Assembly (NCBI RefSeq): GCF_009914755.1
Contig: NC_060925.1
Reading direction: 5' to 3' (one strand)
Length of the DNA stretch: 64,000 bases
Origin: the human T2T-CHM13v2.0 reference genome, Homo sapiens
The notes beneath the pieces were generated by a model. That model was given only the letters and a program-made list of their open reading frames with translations. It ran no database searches and was not told the DNA's origin. Shown one piece after another: positions 41,853 through 53,748 of the stretch (the stretch's first letter is position 1; the number at the start of each line of letters is the position of its first letter). Position numbers and translations under genes: made by a program.

Positions 41853-44675
41853 GAAGCACTGGATTCAGAATGTAGGTGCCTGAGCTTTATTTCTGGTCAT
41901 TGGCCATACAGTACATGAAATAAAATCATAAAATGATTCATGCTCACTATACACAAAATCCTTCCTCTGGCCCTCTTCCTCTTATCTAAGCACCATGTTG
42001 CTATTGCCAAACAAGTTTCCTAGTGGCCCCTCCAAAATTTGCTTTATCTCAGGATAGGACAAGTTGAAAGAGGATGTTGAAGGTTTGGGAGTGAAGAACC
42101 TTTAGAGTTGGGATGGTTCTCTTCCAGGTTCTAGGGACCATCTCTTTTTGCCTTGCTGATTTCAGAACTTGTATCAGTGGCAGAGGGCTTTAGAACGCAA
42201 TTCCCTAGGACTCTCCCCAAAACCCAAAAACCAGATTCAGGCTCCTGCCCCACATTCCCATGACACCTTATACTTCCTTTATGTTAACACACATTGTGTT
42301 TTACTGAAATCATGTATTTAATGTCTGCTGTTAATAAAGGGGTATAAAGGCAGTTACACTCAGTGAAGTCAGGGAATCCCTTGTTTGTTTCCCCTCCTTC
42401 CTGCTGTATCCTCATTGTCCAGAATGATGGCTGGCACCCTGTAGCCACTCAATAAACGTATTAAATGAATTTTAAAAAGGACATTCTAGGCAGAGGGAAC
42501 ATAAGAAGCCAAGATAAATGGGTGAGAAATGGTGAGATGCACATAAGTACATGTGAAATTGTGTAGCTTAAGTATTGAGTGTGTGAGTGGAAAAGTGGAA
42601 AAATGATAGCATAAGACTGTACAGGGTTTCACATGGCAAGTTAAGCAGTTTGGACTTTCTAAGTGGTAGGAAGCCAGTGAGGATAACTGCTAAAGCAGTG
42701 AGGTAAATTGCCATTGTGTTTGATAGCATTTATTCATGGCATGGGCAGCTTCCTTTGCCCCTCCTAATACACTTCCTGCCAAGAAGCAGATAATAATCTA
42801 CAAAGTATTTTATATGCTATACGCCCAGTAAACTCACTGAGTATCTAATCTACAAATTTCTTTGGCTGAGATGGGGTATCCAAAGGGAGCCAACGTAGCT
42901 GGAAAAGTAACTACAGCCAGAGACCTTTCACATTATAAACTGAGCATCTGGTACATGGTAGCTATTTTAAGTTTCTCTGACCTTGCCTGAGCGTCAGCAG
43001 GAAGTCATACATGAAAAACCCTTCACCCTATTTCCTCTGCCTGGGCCCAGGAGGTCTGCCTCACCCCTATACCTCCTCAGATAGTTTCTCTTTTTCCCTC
43101 CCAATAAGATATCCTTCCTAATACTGCCTTTCTGGTTTTCCAAGGTGTTCCTTTCTTGTATCTGTGCTTTACCTCTTCCAGGTGGAATTCCTTGGACAGC
43201 AGTGAAGGAGTCAGCAGTCAAGCCTCTTGGCAGACTAGACCAAAGGGTCACATTCTTTGCCTGGAACTATTTTTATACTTCCTTGGGGACTTGCAAGGAA
43301 TGAGTGACAGAGTGAGAAGATCAAGGGAGAAGTCTTCAGGGACTGAGTGTGGAAAACTTGCCCCAAATCCTGGAAGAATATGACATTTGTTTCTTTTTTT
43401 TTTCTATTTCCATTTTCCTCTCATTTCCTCCCCTTCTACTCTTGCTCCCATTTCTTTTCTCCTTTGTAATGCACCTTTCTCTACTTTCTGCTTTCTCTTT
43501 TTCCCTCCTTCTTCTACTCTCATCCTTCCCCACTGCTCTTGTTGCTAGTAATGGCTACCTTTTATTCAGTTCTTATTTGCTGAACACTGTGTTAAGTGCT
43601 TTGCACGCATCATCTCATAGCACTCTATGAGTTAATAGTATGTCCATTTTGCAGGTGAGGAAAGTGGAACACAGATTGAATCATTTATCTAAGCCCAGCA
43701 GATGGTAATAGAAATTTGTCAAACCTCAGTAAGCTAACTCCTGCATCTGTCTTTTCTTAACCCTACATGGTCTTTTTCTCCATTTCCAACTCTCCCTTGT
43801 CCTTCCCTTTTCTTCTCTTCTTTTTATTCCTCCCCTTCTCTCCCTCCCTCTTTTTCTCAGACATTTACCATAGTTCAGTCACTGCACGTGTGTGGCTGAC
43901 CCTGAAGGTGCTGAACACTGTACATGTGCCCAGAAGAGAGGACAGACAATTCAAACTCTTATCTAATCAGCCATTTTCCTTTTGAGCACATGCTCCACAA
44001 TTTTCCACATTTGGAGGCTGAAAGAGGGGGCGCTTCGCCACCTAAGGAAATGGGGCAGATGTCTGATCACAAATGACAGGAAAGGCCTCAAGACCTGCAT
44101 GGGTCTTTGATATAGAGAGGAGCAGAGATAAGATGCTTTCCGCTCACTCAGGAACTCCCTCATTCCCAGGGACACTGTATACTCTCAAGTTTGGGGACCT
44201 GGGGTCTGAGAGAATACAGGGCCAGGAGGTTGGTCCCTGTCAAGGCAACAATCAACTCAAGAGCTGAGGAAGCCTGGACTATGAAATGCACCACCCTGAC
44301 CCCATCTTTCCCCATAAGCATGAAGAATGTTCAGACAGAAACCAGGAGCACGTTGGCAGCAAAGATATGACGGTCAAAGTTTGAATTTGACAAACCTCTA
44401 AGGACCCACCCAAATCTGAGGTTTATGATTCTAAGAAAGGAATATTTATGCTCCATTCCCTCCGAGACGTTTGTCATCCTGTTGGTTAGGAATGGTTAGA
44501 GGCTTAAACTGTAAGAACATTCGTTATTCACTAAGTAAGAATTCTGGAGGTAGGGAGCCTCAAGAGTTGCTTCAGAGGCCTCAGGGCACTGGTTGACATT
44601 TCTGAGATTCTCTGGACAGCTTTAGACATCTTGGTTCATACAACTCTGTCCACAGGCAGGAAGCGGTGGGGCTAA

Positions 44676-44826
44676 GTGAGGCTCACTCCTATTCACCGGG
44701 GGATGGGAGCACTGTGAGTAGTCTCCCTCCTGTTCACCAGGGGATGGGAGCACTGTGAGTGAGGTTCCCTCTTGTTCACAGGGGGATGGGAGCACTGTGA
44801 GTGAGGCTCTCTCCATTTACTGGGGG
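44676..44826. repeat. ~42-bp minisatellite, about 3.6 copies
   Basis: Units start at 44676, 44718, 44759 and 44801, sharing 'ttcac..ggggatgggagcactgtgagt'. Confidence 0.95.
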
Positions 44827-45033
44827 GTAGAAAAACCTTTTCTGGAGCATTCCCTCTACTTTAGATTCTCCCCATACCTCACCTACCAGAACTAACTGCA
44901 GAGGAGATTAAGAAAGTGATACCTGGCTTTTTCACCCTGCCAATGGGAGGCAGGCAAGAAACAGGGAATTGGTTTTCTATTGGGTAGGAAACAACAGTGC
45001 CTGTCAGCCCCTCCTTCATTCACTCAACTAAGA

Positions 45034-45042
45034 TATATTAAA
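45034..45042 (+). promoter_or_regulatory. GJA5: Promoter B TATA box (TATATTAAA)
   Basis: TATA sequence at canonical spacing from exon 1B. The intact-TATA allele is present; a common A/G SNP in this box is reported (rs10465885 from memory, position not verifiable here). Confidence 0.8.
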
Positions 45043-45060
45043 CACCTACTCTGGGCCAGG

Positions 45061-45168
45061 CTCTGGTGATACAGAAGAAAAGACAGTCTCCATTTTCAAA
45101 CAGTCCCTCCTGGGAGAACACAGACAGGCAGAGGATTACAACACAAGGCAGCAAGCACTGGGAGACGA
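45061..45168 (+). other. GJA5: GJA5 non-coding exon 1B (start approximate)
   Basis: Ends GAGACGA|GTAAGT (donor GT at 45169); TATATTAAA at 45034 about 27 bp upstream; 1227-bp intron to the 46395 acceptor; matches my recollection of the transcript B 5'UTR. Confidence 0.85.
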
Positions 45169-45989
45169 GTAAGTGTCCCGGGGGCCATCACAGGAGCTGA
45201 AGAGGCTCAGCTTGAGGGAGGAGGGAGGGCTGGAGGAGGCAATGACTGGGTTAAGTTTTGAAAGGTAAATGGGATTCAGCTAGGGGTGAGGGGACATGTA
45301 GGGGTACAGAAGGAGGGCATTTGGGAAGACTTGGCATGGCTGGACAAAAGGAACTCATGTGGACAGGCAGGAACAGGCTGGAAAAGCAGACAAAGGCCAG
45401 ATGAGGGAGGATTTTGTAAGGGACATAAAGTTTTGGGACATTTATTCTGGACATAAGGGTGGGCAGATCTGTGTGTGGGAACCTTATTTAAATGAGACAC
45501 AGAAACTTAGCAGCAGGGCGAGCTGAGCTGTGTGGCTGGAATGGCTGTGTTGCACCGAGGCATGGGAGATCAACATTGCCTTACCAGCCAGGGGAAGTGA
45601 GCACTCATCTGTGATACTGTTAGCTGGTGTGACCAAAGCACACTTTTTGTTTGCCACCTCCCAACACAGCTGGTCCATGCTGGATGGTTCTGATTTTTGC
45701 AGAGTGCTTCCTGAGGGGCCAAATTTGCCAATCCCATCCTCACTCTTTCCTCCTCCACCTAGTTCTGCCCTCTGGAGCCATAAAAAAATTCCTTTTCCAT
45801 CCAACAGCCATTTAAACATTTGGAACAGTTGTGGAATGATTTTCAGAATATCACACACCTCATATCATTTAATCCTCAGAATTCTCTGGTGTAGCTATTC
45901 CCATCCCCATTCGATAAATGAAGAAACAGACTCAGTGAGGTAAATGCCCAGAGTCACATTTGCAGACCCCAGTCTTGTGTTCTTTTTAA

Positions 45990-46178
45990 TACTCGTGTTT
46001 CTCCAGGTGCGGTCCCTCACCGCCTGCATCAGAATTACTTGGGCTGCTTGTTGTAAATCCAGATTCCTGGGGGCCATCCCAGACCTCCTGAAGTAGAATT
46101 ACTGGGGCAAGAGCAGAATCCATATTGTAACACACACCACGATTTCTAGATCCGTTAAAGTGTGGGAGCCATGCTCTA
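45990..46178. mobile_element. MER5A-like hAT-Charlie MITE
   Basis: 'tgcatcagaattacttggg...cagattcctggggccatcccagacctcctgaagtagaa...aaagtgtgggagcc'. Confidence 0.75.
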
Positions 46179-46354
46179 ATTTTGCTAATATGGCTACTTT
46201 GAATCTTCTCTTTCTTTTTATTTTTGCTGGGAAAGGAGAGCGAGCTTTTCGTTGGTTGCTTTGACTTCTAAGTTGCATTTTCTTAAAGAACCCATTGGAT
46301 GGATGGATCAGTGGAATCCCAGAACATGATAGACATTCCAGACCTTCACAGAAC

Positions 46355-46395
46355 ATCCTTCTTCTTTTCTCTCTTTCTCTCTCTCCCATTTGCAG
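46355..46395 (+). promoter_or_regulatory. GJA5: Polypyrimidine tract and 3' splice acceptor of exon 2
   Basis: Long C/T tract ending CCCATTTGCAG|AAG; exon 2 starts at 46396, 33 nt before the ATG. Confidence 0.92.
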
Positions 46396-46428
46396 AAGTT
46401 TTGGCATCTGTTCCCTGGCTGTGCCAAG

Positions 46429-47505
46429 ATGGGCGATTGGAGCTTCCTGGGAAATTTCCTGGAGGAAGTACACAAGCACTCGACCGTGGTAGGCAAGGTC
46501 TGGCTCACTGTCCTCTTCATATTCCGTATGCTCGTGCTGGGCACAGCTGCTGAGTCTTCCTGGGGGGATGAGCAGGCTGATTTCCGGTGTGATACGATTC
46601 AGCCTGGCTGCCAGAATGTCTGCTACGACCAGGCTTTCCCCATCTCCCACATTCGCTACTGGGTGCTGCAGATCATCTTCGTCTCCACGCCCTCTCTGGT
46701 GTACATGGGCCACGCCATGCACACTGTGCGCATGCAGGAGAAGCGCAAGCTACGGGAGGCCGAGAGGGCCAAAGAGGTCCGGGGCTCTGGCTCTTACGAG
46801 TACCCGGTGGCAGAGAAGGCAGAACTGTCCTGCTGGGAGGAAGGGAATGGAAGGATTGCCCTCCAGGGCACTCTGCTCAACACCTATGTGTGCAGCATCC
46901 TGATCCGCACCACCATGGAGGTGGGCTTCATTGTGGGCCAGTACTTCATCTACGGAATCTTCCTGACCACCCTGCATGTCTGCCGCAGGAGTCCCTGTCC
47001 CCACCCGGTCAACTGTTACGTATCCCGGCCCACAGAGAAGAATGTCTTCATTGTCTTTATGCTGGCTGTGGCTGCACTGTCCCTCCTCCTTAGCCTGGCT
47101 GAACTCTACCACCTGGGCTGGAAGAAGATCAGACAGCGATTTGTCAAACCGCGGCAGCACATGGCTAAGTGCCAGCTTTCTGGCCCCTCTGTGGGCATAG
47201 TCCAGAGCTGCACACCACCCCCCGACTTTAATCAGTGCCTGGAGAATGGCCCTGGGGGAAAATTCTTCAATCCCTTCAGCAATAATATGGCCTCCCAACA
47301 AAACACAGACAACCTGGTCACCGAGCAAGTACGAGGTCAGGAGCAGACTCCTGGGGAAGGTTTCATCCAGGTTCGTTATGGCCAGAAGCCTGAGGTGCCC
47401 AATGGAGTCTCACCAGGTCACCGCCTTCCCCATGGCTATCATAGTGACAAGCGACGTCTTAGTAAGGCCAGCAGCAAGGCAAGGTCAGATGACCTATCAG
47501 TGTGA
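46429..47505 (+). CDS. GJA5: Gap junction alpha-5 protein, connexin 40 (358 aa), single coding exon
   Basis: ATG at 46429 in AAGATGG context; translation [38 protein letters not shown]...[10 protein letters not shown]. Connexin extracellular Cys patterns C-x6-C-x3-C ([12 protein letters not shown]) and C-x4-C-x5-C ([12 protein letters not shown]), four hydrophobic segments, C-terminal PDZ-type end DLSV. The track's TTG start at 46390 lies in the intron acceptor. Confidence 0.99.
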
Positions 47506-48112
47506 CCCTCCTTTATGGGAGGATCAGGACCAGGTGGGAACAAAGGAGGCTCAGAGAGGAAAGACGTGTCCCTTCTGAACTGATGCTTTCTCACTGTCAT
47601 CACTGCTTGGCTCCTTTGAGCCCCGGGTCTCAATGACGTTGCTCATTAATTCTAGAAACTATAACCAGGGCTCTGGGATAGTAAGAGAGGTGACAACCCA
47701 CCCAGACTGCAGTTCCCTCCCCACCCTCTACCCAGTATACGAAGCCTTTCAGATTACTCATGAAACAGGGTAGAGGGAAAGAAGGGAAGCATGGCAAAAG
47801 CTGGCCTGGAAGGGATAGCCAGAGGGATAGAATGACTCTCTCTCTACATACCAGCAGCATACCAAATGCGTTCTCTAAGTTCCTACCTCCTTGACCTGAT
47901 CACCCTCCCTCCTCCAAGGAAGAGCTCAAAGTTCCCAGCCAATAGACAGCATGAATCAAGGAACTTGCATTATATGTGCTCTTGAATCTGTTGTCTCCAT
48001 GGACCATTCCTCGGAGTAGTGGTGAGATGGCCTTGGGTTGCCCTTGGCTTCTCCTCCCTCTACTCAGCCTTAAAAAGGGCTTCTTGGAACTTTACCAGCA
48101 GCCTCAGCTTTA

Positions 48113-48170
48113 CAAATGCCTTGGTATGTACCTCTGGCAAATGCCCTGGTATGTACCTCTGGCAAATGCC
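48113..48170 (+). repeat. 25-bp tandem duplication in the 3'UTR
   Basis: caaatgccytggtatgtacctctgg twice (24/25 identical) plus caaatgcc. Confidence 0.97.
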
Positions 48171-49445
48171 CCACCTTGGTGATGTTGCAACCTTTCCTTC
48201 TGCTAGGGTGTACACCTAGCCTGTGCAGGTGTCAGCCCTGCTAGGGAGTCACTGTACACACAAACTCTACTGGAATTCCTGCCAACATCTGTCACCCTGC
48301 AGCTCCTTTACAGTTCAATCCAATGATAGAAACCATCCCTTCCCTTTCTCCCTTGGCTGTTCACCCAGCCATTCCCTGAAGGCCTTACCAACAGGAATAT
48401 CCAAGAAGCTGTTGTCCTCTCTCGAACCCTGACCAGATCATCAGCCACTGAGGCCAGTGGAATTTCCCCAGGCCTTGTTAAAACAAAGAAAGCATTGTAC
48501 TTCTCAGATTCCCCTTGTGGAAAAAAAAATTCTGCTGTGAAGATGAAAATAAAAATGGAGAGAAAACACTGGAAAACTATTTTCCCCTCCTATTTACTTC
48601 CTTTGCTGACTGCCAACTTAGTGCCAAGAGGAGGTGTGATGACAGCTATGGAGGCCCCCAGATCTCTCTCTCCTGGAGGCTTTAGCAGGGGCAAGGAAAT
48701 AGTAGGGGAATCTCCAGCTCTCTTGGCAGGGCCTTTATTTAAAGAGCGCAGAGATTCCTATGTCTCCCTAGTGCCCCTAATGAGACTGCCAAGTGGGGGC
48801 TGTAGAAAAGCCTTGCCTTCCCCAGGGATTGGCCTGGTCTCTGTATTCACTGGATCCATAATGGGTTGCTGTTGTTTTGGATGAAGGTAAACGATGCTTG
48901 GAATTGGAAACTGAGACTTATAGAGGGATTATTACATTATTAAAATGCACGTGTGTGTGTGTGTGGGTGCTGATGGGATGGGTAAAGGCTTGGGGAGTCC
49001 TGAAATAAGGAAAGGAAACCACAGAGAAACTTGTGTCTTCCTGCTCTCCTCTCCGGCTGCCTGGCAGTTATTAACCTAAACAGATAGCCACAAGAGGTTG
49101 GGACAGAGGAGGGTAAAGGCTCAGAAGGAGGTTCAACCTCTGACTCACCTGCCCATCTCTGGGCCCTCTGCTGACACTTGGATGCTATTGTTGGGTGGAA
49201 AGATAAATGAGAGTGGAGAGGTGGAGGAAAGTGACTAGGATGCCATTTAGGAAGGAATGTCTGATCATCCCGGGTCCCTGGAGGGGACACCTTTTAATCT
49301 ATTGCCTAGCATTAATATTTTCTCTCCTTCTATCTCTGAAATGTTTTATGAAATGAGTGTTCTTGAATTAGAAATTCTGTGGGATCAATCTTTGATGGTG
49401 AGGGTTTTAGAAAGGAAAAATATAGTAAAATGTGTAATTTGTCTT

Positions 49446-49451
49446 AATAAA
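49446..49451 (+). terminator. GJA5: Polyadenylation signal AATAAA
   Basis: AATAAA followed about 25 nt later by TTTTGTTGT; a MIR repeat begins shortly after. Confidence 0.75.
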
Positions 49452-51259
49452 ATCTATCTCTACATCTATCTCTCTTTTGTTGTCCACTTCATACTGTGAC
49501 TACAAGAGAAGGATGGCAGACTTGGTGGGGAGGGGAGCGCTTGGACTATACCCATCAGTAAGCCAGTAATGCAAAGAGCTTTGAAGTCAGGCATGCAATG
49601 GTTAAAATTCCAGTTGTTAACTTACATCTGGACTCCAGCAAGACAATCTCTGAGCCTTGGTTTCTTCATCTGTAAACTGGGCCCCATTAATATCTACCTC
49701 ATGGGGCTGTTAACTGAGCTGTTAAGTACCTCATAGGGCTGTTAACTGAGTTGACTGTAAAGAGTTTAGCAGAGTGCTTGGGAAATAACAGTCATTACAT
49801 GGTAATTGTTGTTATTATCTGATTATTTTTGTTATTGTTTTGAATACACAGTATTTGAAAATGGGATGTTGAGGGATGATTCCAGAACTTCCCTTTATCA
49901 AGCCCACAATCTGCCTAATGTGATCAGAGTAACTCACATTATTCTATTCTAACAATTAGAACAGAATTAAACACGAATTCATTTATCATCAATTCTAGGA
50001 ACCATAGGCTCCAGGAGGTGATACATAAAAAATAAAACAAAACAGAACAAAACAAAAAACTAACAAACTACACAGAGAAGAGGGGAGACCTGACCTGGAC
50101 CTAAAAATGAGAAGGCTTTAAAGAAGTATAGACCCCAAGGATGAGTCTGTGAAATAGGTGTTTGTATCACCATTTTACAGATACGTAAACTGACGCCCAG
50201 GAGAGCTCCCTGAGAGTGGGGCTGCTTCTCACTGGCTCGCTATTGATATTTCATCTATTTGGAAGAAGAGAAATAACTGTTGCTCCAAACAAAGGGTCAA
50301 GGGACCGGCCACTTAGCCTTTCACCAACAAATGGGTGTCATTTCTGAGAGAAGATTAGGAAAGACAAACAGAAGTGTAATCTTAACTACCAATCAGTCTT
50401 GTTTATCAGGGCAGGAAAGCTTTTTAAAAAAGGTCTTGCAAAGAGATCATAGAACGCATATTATGACACCAATATGGAGACTTAGGAGTACACCTGGCCT
50501 CTGTCTGAGGATAAGGTGCTCCACCCAGAGATACCGCAGTAGTCTAACCAGAGAAAGCACTTGGAACCCATTTTTTTCTCCTAGAAAAAAAAAAAAAAAC
50601 AGTCCATCTCACATGTTTATAAACATAGTCATTAACATTTAACAGTTCATTATATGCTGGACTACAAAAAGTAACTTATAGTAAGATTTCAACCTCATGT
50701 ATGTCTACTCTCATTTTCTTTCTTTCTCCCTCCCTTCTAAAGCTTCATCACTAAAGAGCATAAGCTGGTTGGTAATAGAGTGAACACACTCAAGTTGCAG
50801 GCCTCTTTAGGCCCATTTCCTTAAATTGCTTCCTCCAGTGCCAGATAAGACCAGAATGTTTCATTCCAATGGCTCAAGTGTTTAAGTGGTTAAATGCTAA
50901 TAATACTCCTATGTAAAATCATAGTATGAATGGGTTTCAGATTTTTTCCTAATAGCAAATTGCGATACCAGAGAGAAAAACAAAAGAACAAGGACGGTAG
51001 GCACCTTGCAGGCATCTTGAAGGATTGCTGTCATGATGTGGAAATCAGGAAAACAGCGAGGCTGGAGGGAGCTGCCCACGTCCCAATCCTCAGGAAGTTC
51101 TGGAAGCCCCTGCAGTTGGTCCTTGATAATAAACAGATTTTTTAAAATCCTAGATTTTTAAGTAGAATATGATTAAGGATTTTCCCTTTCACTGGTCACT
51201 TGATGATCATCAGAGATAGGTAGAGTCTATAGTTTTTTACTGTTTCAAGTGGAAAATAT

Positions 51260-51860
<601 letters not shown>

Positions 51861-53623
51861 GGAACCCAGGTGGGTGAATCTAAATTCCTTCCAGAAAATT
51901 CCAGAATACAGCTGTCCCTTATCTCAGTTTAGTCCAACATTTTTGAAAGACAGAATTCAAGCAGTAACTAAAACAGCATGGTTTGGCGCCAACTGTAGCA
52001 AAACACACATACCTCTTTCTGCAAAAAATTCAAAGGACAGTAATCTTTTTACTCAAGGAAGCAGAAGGGGCATATGTAAAAGATCTGAATTAAAACAAGA
52101 AAATATATGTTAAGTTCTAAAAGCCCTATTTTTTTTTCATGATCAGGAAGACTGTCAGAATCCACCAGTATCAATTCTGATAACACACTTTGGGCCTTCT
52201 AAACTAGGCCTATTCTGTGGGGTAGGGCTGGAGAGGGGAGGCAGGGGTGCTCGGGGACAGAAAGGAGTACAGTCCAGGCTTGTTGGAAGAAGACTATATC
52301 CAAAGGGGCTGGGAAAGAGCCAGCAGGGCATGGCCCAGAGTAGCCTTAGCATCAGGGAAGTCAAAGCAGCAAAACATCAAGTACACAGAGAGGTGGGGAA
52401 TGGGGAGGGTGGAGGAGCACATAGCAGGGAAGCCAAGCCGTGGAAGTTGTGTAAGACACCAGACAGGCAGGCAGGCACTGCTGGGGACATGTCTCAGCTG
52501 GCAGTAGGGCCCCAGACCCTGATCTGGATTTGGAGCTGGACTTCCAGACTCAGGGAAGGGAGTCTGACATGGGCAGAGCGGAACTTCACCCTAGTAGCTG
52601 GGTTACTAAGCAAGGCACTAGGACAGAGTCTTGGATAGAGTACAAGCAGGCTCTTGTACTCTTGTGGGGCCCATTATCAGAATTACAGAGCTGCAGATGA
52701 ATAAACTGAGTCAAGCTCTTCATGGCAATATATATGATGTTTATAGATACAGTACCTTCAAAGCCTTAAACCAAAGGAATGACAACCATGAGACTTCTAA
52801 GCACCTCATCAAGCCGGCGGGTGGGGAGATGATTTGGGGGTTGGAGGCTAATGCTTTTCTTTATCTATCTCCACCTTCAGCTAAGGGCAGCACAGCCCCG
52901 GGGGAGGCCATCGCTTGGCAGCAAGACTCAAGCCCCCTCAGTCCCTTCAACCTGACAGAATTTTCCATTACCCTGATTCAAGGCCCTTATGGGACTGCGT
53001 GCATGTACTTGCTAACAAAGGGTTTCTCAGAGAAAGTGAGAACTAAGCAGGAACCTTTCAGGAGTGTTCATCGCCCTGGGCTCTGCAGCCTGGCCAAGGC
53101 TAAATCCCCTCCAGCAGCAGCTGCTGTTCAGCTAACGGGGCAGGATAGAAAGTTATTTTATACCTTCTTGGGACTTGTCTTTAAATGTGATAAAATATAA
53201 CCTGGAGGGGATTACATTTACAAAGGTTTGAGGTAAAATTCCACATTTGAAACCATTGTAAAAGCTTGTGCAGGGTGTAGTTGGCTGGGGAAAAGTCAAT
53301 TTAAAAACCCTCACATATTTTAATAGTAATAATGAAATACACCTTCAATTATTAAGTGCTTGCTGTTTTCTAGGCATTGTGCTAAGAGATTTTATGAATT
53401 GCTATTTCATCCTTACAGTAATCCTTCAAGGTTATTTGACCCCATTTTACAGATAAGGAAACAGACTTAGATTCAGTAACTTGCACAGCTACTAGGCAGT
53501 AGGATTGGGATTTAAACCTGCCTTATACTTCTCTTAAGTGCTCATCACATATTCTTAAGTAAAAAGGCAAGACACAAAATTGTATGTGTAGCATGATTAC
53601 GATGTGCAAAAATAGGCATTTAT

Positions 53624-53748
53624 GCTTGGCGTGGTACTGCGCATCTATAGTCCCAGTTATTTGGGAAGCTGAGGTGGGAGGATCACTTGAGCCCAGGAGT
53701 CCCAGGGCAGCCTGGACAACATAGCAAGACCCCTATCTCAAAAAAAAA
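53624..53748 (+). mobile_element. Free Alu monomer (FLAM-like) in an old L1 fragment
   Basis: Single monomer plus A tail; TSD ggcatttat at 53615 and 53749. Confidence 0.85.

Larger units (their letters stand above)
45014..45455 (-). mobile_element. Diverged L2 3' end overlapping promoter B and exon 1B
   Basis: 'ttcattcactcaac...attaaacacctactctgggccaggc...gatacag...aagacagtc' and downstream 'ggccagatga...ttgtaag...tttattct' follow the antisense L2 pattern also seen at 4655 and 51260. Confidence 0.7.
47506..49470 (+). other. GJA5: GJA5 3'UTR (end approximate)
   Basis: Transposon-poor sequence after the stop codon, ending at AATAAA 49446 with a downstream T/GT-rich element (CTTTTGTTGT). Confidence 0.75.

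Noticed and set aside
44020-44036. AGGGGGCGCT CTCF-like half site
   Set aside because: The 5' half of the motif does not match.
44676-44826. CRISPR-like look of the repeated 'ggggatgggagcactgtgagt'
   Set aside because: The intervening segments are homologous to one another, so this is a minisatellite; human DNA with no cas genes.
46390-46428. 371-aa ORF start (TTG) in the track
   Set aside because: The TTG lies in the intronic splice acceptor; the real start is ATG 46429.
46099-47328. 207-aa and 192-aa antisense ORFs over GJA5
   Set aside because: Shadow ORFs of a GC3-rich coding sequence; no independent features.
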